Shown piece by piece: positions 58,951 through 64,000 of a DNA stretch of 64,000 nucleotides. A program made the position numbers and the translations under genes. The stretch lies in the NCBI GenBank assembly GCA_000388065.2, contig KB932206.1, one strand, 5' to 3'. Each line of letters begins with the position of its first letter. The first letter of the stretch is position 1. The stretch is from Fonticula alba ATCC 38817 (lineage: Eukaryota > Protista > Nucleariida). The notes below the pieces were generated by a model. The model was not told the origin of the DNA. It made no database searches and saw only the letters and a program-made list of their open reading frames with translations.

Positions 58951-60048
58951 TTAGAAGAGCCCGGCGAAGATGTTGTCAATTTCCGAGGACTTGCTCTTCT
59001 TCGGCATTTTGGCCGTGGCCTTGGTCGTGCCACCGGCTGGGGCCACCGCCGATCGAGGGATCTTCTTGGAGGAGGGGACTCGCGCGGTGGGGAGCGTCGT
59101 GGCCATCTTGTTGGCAGATGCCACAGGGGGAACAGGGGGCGATGTCCCAGTGCCGGGCTTGCCACTCGAGAAGGGGCATGCCCGCACGCCGGTTCGGTCG
59201 GGCCCGGGTGCCGGGGCGCTGGAAAAGGGACACGCCCGAACATTGATCGGAGTGGGGGCGCTGATGAGGGGAGCGGCCGGCTCGGACGCGGAAAGGACAT
59301 TACTTTGGGGGGCGGGCGGGCGTTCCAGAGCCAACCGCAGCATGCCCAAGATGACCTGGGCGAGAACATGCACGCGCCCGAGACAGGCAAACTCCAGAGC
59401 AACCAGGGCGAAGTTGTGCTCAATCGGCATCTCGGAAGAGGCCTTCCTGTAGGACAGCAGCATCATGGTCAGTACCCAAACCAGCAACGGAGGACGGCCG
59501 ACGTGAGGGAAAAGGAGCCAAGTACGCACATTCCACAATTCTCGATGGCCTCGCAGAACTGCACCCACCGTAGGGGGCCGCGAAGTCCGGCGCGTTAGCT
59601 TGTGGCAGGGTGACCGATGAAAAGGGTGGCCGGCCATGGAAGGTGGCTCGGCGCGTACCGACTCAAATTGCTCGATGGCCCTCGACAGGCCCTTTGCAGG
59701 GAGGTCGCGATTGAGAATCGTCTCCTGGGCGCGCTCATTAATGTGAAGGAACATCCGCACAACCTGGGCAGATGACGCGGAGGGTGTCAGAATGCAAAGT
59801 CACCAAGATCCGCCAGGGAGAAGACCAAAGGCACCCTCCGATGCCTTGCTCGCACGTACCTTCTGCAAAGATCGGTAGTGGGGAAACTTGCTGTGCTGGT
59901 AGTTGTTCTTGTAGACCAGGCGCCGGAGGATGGCGCACTCGCCGGACAAAGTCAGCCAGAGCTGCCGCCGGCGCTTGATGCTGTCCTTGGGGGCCGGCAT
60001 GGGCGGCAGGTCGCCAGCCGGAAAGCCAAACCAACACGCATCAGACAT
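58951..60048 (-). CDS. RNase MRP-specific subunit Rmp1/NEPRO (DUF4477)-like protein, 4 exons
   Basis: [31 protein letters not shown] fits the LxxExxILxxxxYxNxNQH pattern. Spliced [35 protein letters not shown]; acidic end [10 protein letters not shown]. Introns have GTACGT/GTACGC/GTGCGT donors, and two carry CTAAC or CTGAC branch points. Confidence 0.65.
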
Positions 60049-60733
60049 GTGTGCTCGAGAAGGATGGCCCTTTCAAGGCGGAGGGGGGAAAAATGCAATC
60101 GGAGAATGGGCGGGAGGGGAGCACACAGCAAGAGGGGGGGGGGAGGAGAGAGGTATGCCAGATCGCGCCCTCGGGACACGCGTGTCCGGGAGATGCCCGG
60201 CCAAAAGATCTCGCTTTTCTGCCCGCCCACCGCCTCCGGCCCCGGGCGCGGGGACCGGGGCACTCTGCCGTGCGTGCGAGCCGCCAACGAACCGGCCGCC
60301 AGGGCATGTGGCCCGGGCGTGATCCGGGAAGCCAACGCACGCGCGATCGTGTCATGCGTTGTTGCTTCGCATGGCGGGTGGATGCACGCGCGCGCGCGCG
60401 CGCGCCCAGAGACCGGGGGGATTGCGCGTCCCGCGCGTCTCCTCCCCCCCCCCCTCCCCGCCCTCACCACGGGCGCACTTTGCCTTGGGGCCCTTTTTCG
60501 GCCCGTATGCCGGTTTTTCCGAAGGGACACTTTTCCCACATCGCCCTTCCTCCAGCCCCGTTTTTCTCCCCTCTCAGCGGCCTTCGGAAAGCCCGCCTCG
60601 CTTCCCTCCCCCCCCNNNNNNNNNNNNNNNNNNNNNNNNNNNNNNNNNNNNNNNNNNNNNNNNNNNNNNNNNNNNNNNNNNNNNNNNNNNNNNNNNNNNN
60701 NNNNNNNNNNNNNNNNNNNNCCCCTGCGGAACC

Positions 60734-63437
60734 ATGAGCACGCCCGCCGTCCCGGCTGCGGCCGACAACAACATCCAAATTGACCTGCTGGATGACACCA
60801 ACCCCGAGGGCACCCAGCCCGCGGTCAAGAAGGTCAAGGCCGAGGCCACGGATGATGTGTCGACCGCCTCGGTCACTGTCTCGGCCGACGCCGCCGCTGC
60901 CGCCGCCGCTGCCAAGAAGAAGGGCCCCATTGCTGTGGTCACTGACGAGGAGCTGATCGCCTCCAACGTGAAGGCCGTACGCACTCCAAATGTCTAACCT
61001 TACGGTTGCTGCCTTCCGTCCTGCCGGCCTTCCCCTCCGCCTAACATCCTTTGTGTGCTTTGTCTCTTTTCTTTCCCCCCCCCCCCCCCCGGCCCCCCAA
61101 TGTCAGGTCCGCCACGAGGTGGCCGTCCCGCCGGGGTACCCGTACGAGGAGCTGGTGGACCTGCCGATGCCGGCCAACCCTGCTCGGCAGTACCCCTTCG
61201 TGCTGGATCCCTTCCAGCGCTGGTCGGTCAACATCATCGAGCGCAATGAGTCGGTCCTGGTGTCGGCGCACACCTCCGCCGGTAAGACTGTCATCGCCGA
61301 GTACGTTGGCTCGACTGCTGTGCCCTGGCGGCTGCCTAGGACCACACCTCTGACCCGCCCCCCTCCCCCCTGCCCTCGGGCCTACCTGCCCCGGCTGGCT
61401 GCTCGCCTGTGCGTCGCAGGTATGCCATCGCTGTGTCCCTGCGCAACAAGCAGCGTGTCATCTACACCTCCCCCATCAAGGCCCTGTCCAACCAGAAATA
61501 CCGCGAGCTCCTGGAGGACTTCGGTGATGTCGGCCTGATGACCGGTGATGTCACCATCAATCCGAATGCCTCGTGCCTGGTCATGACCACCGAAGTGCGT
61601 GGCCACCTGTCTTTTCTTTCCGGGCTGTTCTCTTCCTCCCCTCCCCCCCCCCCCTCCCCTCCTGTGCACCTCGTCTAACTTTGATCATCGCTGGTAGATT
61701 CTCCGAAACATGCTTTATCGCGGGTCGGAGGTCATGCGCGAGGTGGCCTGGGTCATCTTCGATGAGATTCACTACATGCGTGACAAGGAGCGTGGCGTTG
61801 TCTGGGAGGAGAGTATCATCATGCTGCCGAAGAGCGTGCACCATGTGTTCCTCTCGGCCACCATTCCCAACGCCAAGGAATTCGCCGATTGGATTTGCCA
61901 CGTCCACCAGACCGTACGGGGCCGTTCATCATCCTTTGCACTGGGCCTCCCGCCTGTTCGCCGTCAACTAACCCACATGTGCCTCGCCCGGACCCCGGTG
62001 CCCCGGTGGTCCTCCTGTTGCTTGGCCACCTGCCTCGGATGCCCAGCCCTGCCATGTGGTCTACACCGACTACCGTCCGACCCCCCTGCAGCACTACCTC
62101 TTCCCCAGTGGCGGTGATGGCATCTACCTGGTGGTCGATGAGAAGGGTCGCATCCGTGAGGACAACTTCAGCAAGGCCATGGCCCTGGTGACGGAGAGCC
62201 AGTCCGGCCGGGGGTCCTTCAAGGCTGGCGATCGCGCTCGGCGCATGCGCAGCAAGGGCTCCAGCTCGGACATCTTCCGCATTGTCAAGATGATCATGGA
62301 TCGCCACTACCAGCCGGTGATCATTTTCGCCTTCAGCAAGCGCGAGGTCGAGGGCCTGGCCCTGCAGATTTCCAAGCTCGATTTCAACAGCGAGGAGGAC
62401 AAGCAGATGGTGGAGGATGTTTACAACAACGCCATCGACAGCCTGTCCGAGGATGACAAGACCCTCCCCCAGATCCAGCACATCCTGCCCGTACGTTGCT
62501 CCGACGAGTCCCCGTTACCTCCCCCCCCCGGGGGTTGGAATTCCTCTGCTCTCGCTGTCTCTCTTGCTGATGGGCGGATGTCATGAGTGACTTTGTCCTC
62601 TCTCTCCCTCTCCCTCTCTCCCTCTCCCTCCCTCTCTCTCTCTCCTTCTCTCTCCCTCCCTCCCTCCCTCTCTCTCTCTCTCCTTCTCTCTCCCTAACTT
62701 TCCCTCCATCTCCATGGAAATCCGCTCTGTAGCTGCTGAAGCGTGGTATCGGCATCCATCATGGCGGTCTGCTGCCCCTGATCAAGGAGGTCATTGAGAT
62801 TCTCTTCCAGGAGGGCCTGATCAAGGTGCGCCCGATCTTTCTTTCCCCTGCTGCTGTTCCTCTCCTTCCGTCACTTGCCGGGTGTCTATGCTCGCGAGCC
62901 GGCGCATTCCCCTTCTCCCCTCTCTCTCCCTCTCCCTCTCCCGCCGACAAAGCCAGCAAGGTAGGAACACCGTTCGTCTCTCTGATCGTTTGCCCCCCCC
63001 CCCCTCGCCTGCCCTCGGTTTTCTTCGCCACCGAGACCTTCAGTATGGGTCTGAATATGCCTGCGCGCACTGTGGTCTTCACGGCCGTGCGCAAGTACGA
63101 TGGCAATGACTTCCGCTGGGTCTCCTCCGGCGAGTACACCCAGATGGCCGGCCGTGCCGGTCGTCGTGGTCTCGATGACCGTGGTATCGTCATCCAGATG
63201 CTCGACGAGAAGATCGACCCGCCTGCCTGCCGGGATATGCTCACCGGCGGCGCGGACAACCTCAACTCCGCCTTCTACCTCTCGTACAACATGATTCTCA
63301 ACTTGATGCGTGTGGAGGAGGTCAACCCGGAGTTCCTGCTGGAGCGCTCCTTCTTCCAGTTCCAGAACAACTCCTCGGTCCCCAAGCTCAAGAACGGTTC
63401 GTTGCCCCGTGGCTTTCCTTGTTTCCTTCCCTCCGCG

Positions 63438-63470
<33 letters not shown>

Positions 63471-64000
63471 TTATCTCTCTCTCTTTGAGGCACCATTTGA
63501 CGGATGTGCCAATCCTCTGCTCTTCCCTTCTTTTTTTTTTCTCACCTCCTTCACTTCCCCTCCAACAATCAGACCTCGCTCTGCTGGAACAGAAGCGCGA
63601 TGAGATTGTCGTTCCCCGTGAGGACGAGATCGCTGCCTACTACTCGATCGAGCAGCAAATCGCCACCCTCAATGACAGCGTCCGCAAGGTGATCACCCAT
63701 CCGACCTTCCTGGTGCCCTTCCTCCAGCCTGGACGTCTGGTTCGCGTACGTGTGGCGCCCGGTCTGCCGGCCTCATCCTCGCCAATGGTCTGCAACGCCC
63801 CAAGCCCCGCCATTCGGCCGCCGACTCACCCTCCCCCTCCCGCTGTGCTCCATGAAATGTGGCCACACTGGCCGCAGATCCGCAATGGCGACCAGGACTT
63901 CGGCTGGGGCGTGGTGGTCAACTTCACCAAGAAGACCAACAGCCACCATCGGGCCATCCAGCCGGCCGGTGCGGCCGACACCGACGACGAGTCCACCAAG
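60734..64000 (+). CDS. MTR4: Exosome RNA helicase MTR4 (Dob1/SKIV2L2), multi-exon, truncated at the window edge in the arch/KOW region
   Basis: YPFVLDPFQ; SAHTSAGKT; [14 protein letters not shown]; MLYRGSE; [20 protein letters not shown]; FLSATIPN; RPTPLQHY; [11 protein letters not shown]; [11 protein letters not shown]; [14 protein letters not shown]; [12 protein letters not shown]. Confidence 0.97.

Noticed and set aside
1-64000. CRISPR arrays, rRNA genes, transposase/RT/integrase ORFs and telomeric arrays
   Set aside because: No repeat-spacer periodicity, no rRNA signatures, no mobile-element motifs and no (TTAGGG)n run were seen.

Overview
GC-rich, intron-containing eukaryotic scaffold with compact gene spacing. 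Introns and intergenic DNA are full of poly-C/G, (CT)n and (GT)n tracts. The mix of fungal-type families (Mga2/Spt23, ZZ/EF-hand) with families lost from many fungi (MUTYH, BLOC-1, SSXT) suggests a non-fungal holomycotan such as Fonticula; this is inference, not verified. Supported genes in order: tRNA-Glu(CTC), a fucosyltransferase-like type II membrane protein, a small SSXT protein, MUTYH, a RAD51 paralog, SRP72, BLOC1S4, ALDH7A1, DHX8/Prp22, an Mga2/Spt23-like factor, phosphatidylserine decarboxylase, PPWD1, a bacterial-type HDAH-like deacetylase, PSMG2, a ZZ/EF-hand protein, Rmp1/NEPRO, and MTR4 (runs off the end). N gaps lie at 24499-25125, 38153-38263, 39775-39812, 42685-42725, 47607-47826, 51875-52246, 58307-58602 and 60616-60720. 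Best leads: (1) an unidentified ~600-nt hairpin-dense element at 26.3-26.9 kb with plus-strand GNRA loops; (2) interleaved, out-of-order PSD and PPWD1 exons and an orphan GlyRS exon, most likely assembly mis-joins at poly-C tracts; (3) an intron-bearing bacterial-type deacetylase, a horizontal transfer candidate; (4) an Mga2-like lipid sensor with the W-x-P helix; (5) 5' splice sites that almost never have +4A. No CRISPR array, rRNA or transposon ORF was seen. Exon boundaries were read by eye, and homology calls come from recalled family motifs, not from searches.
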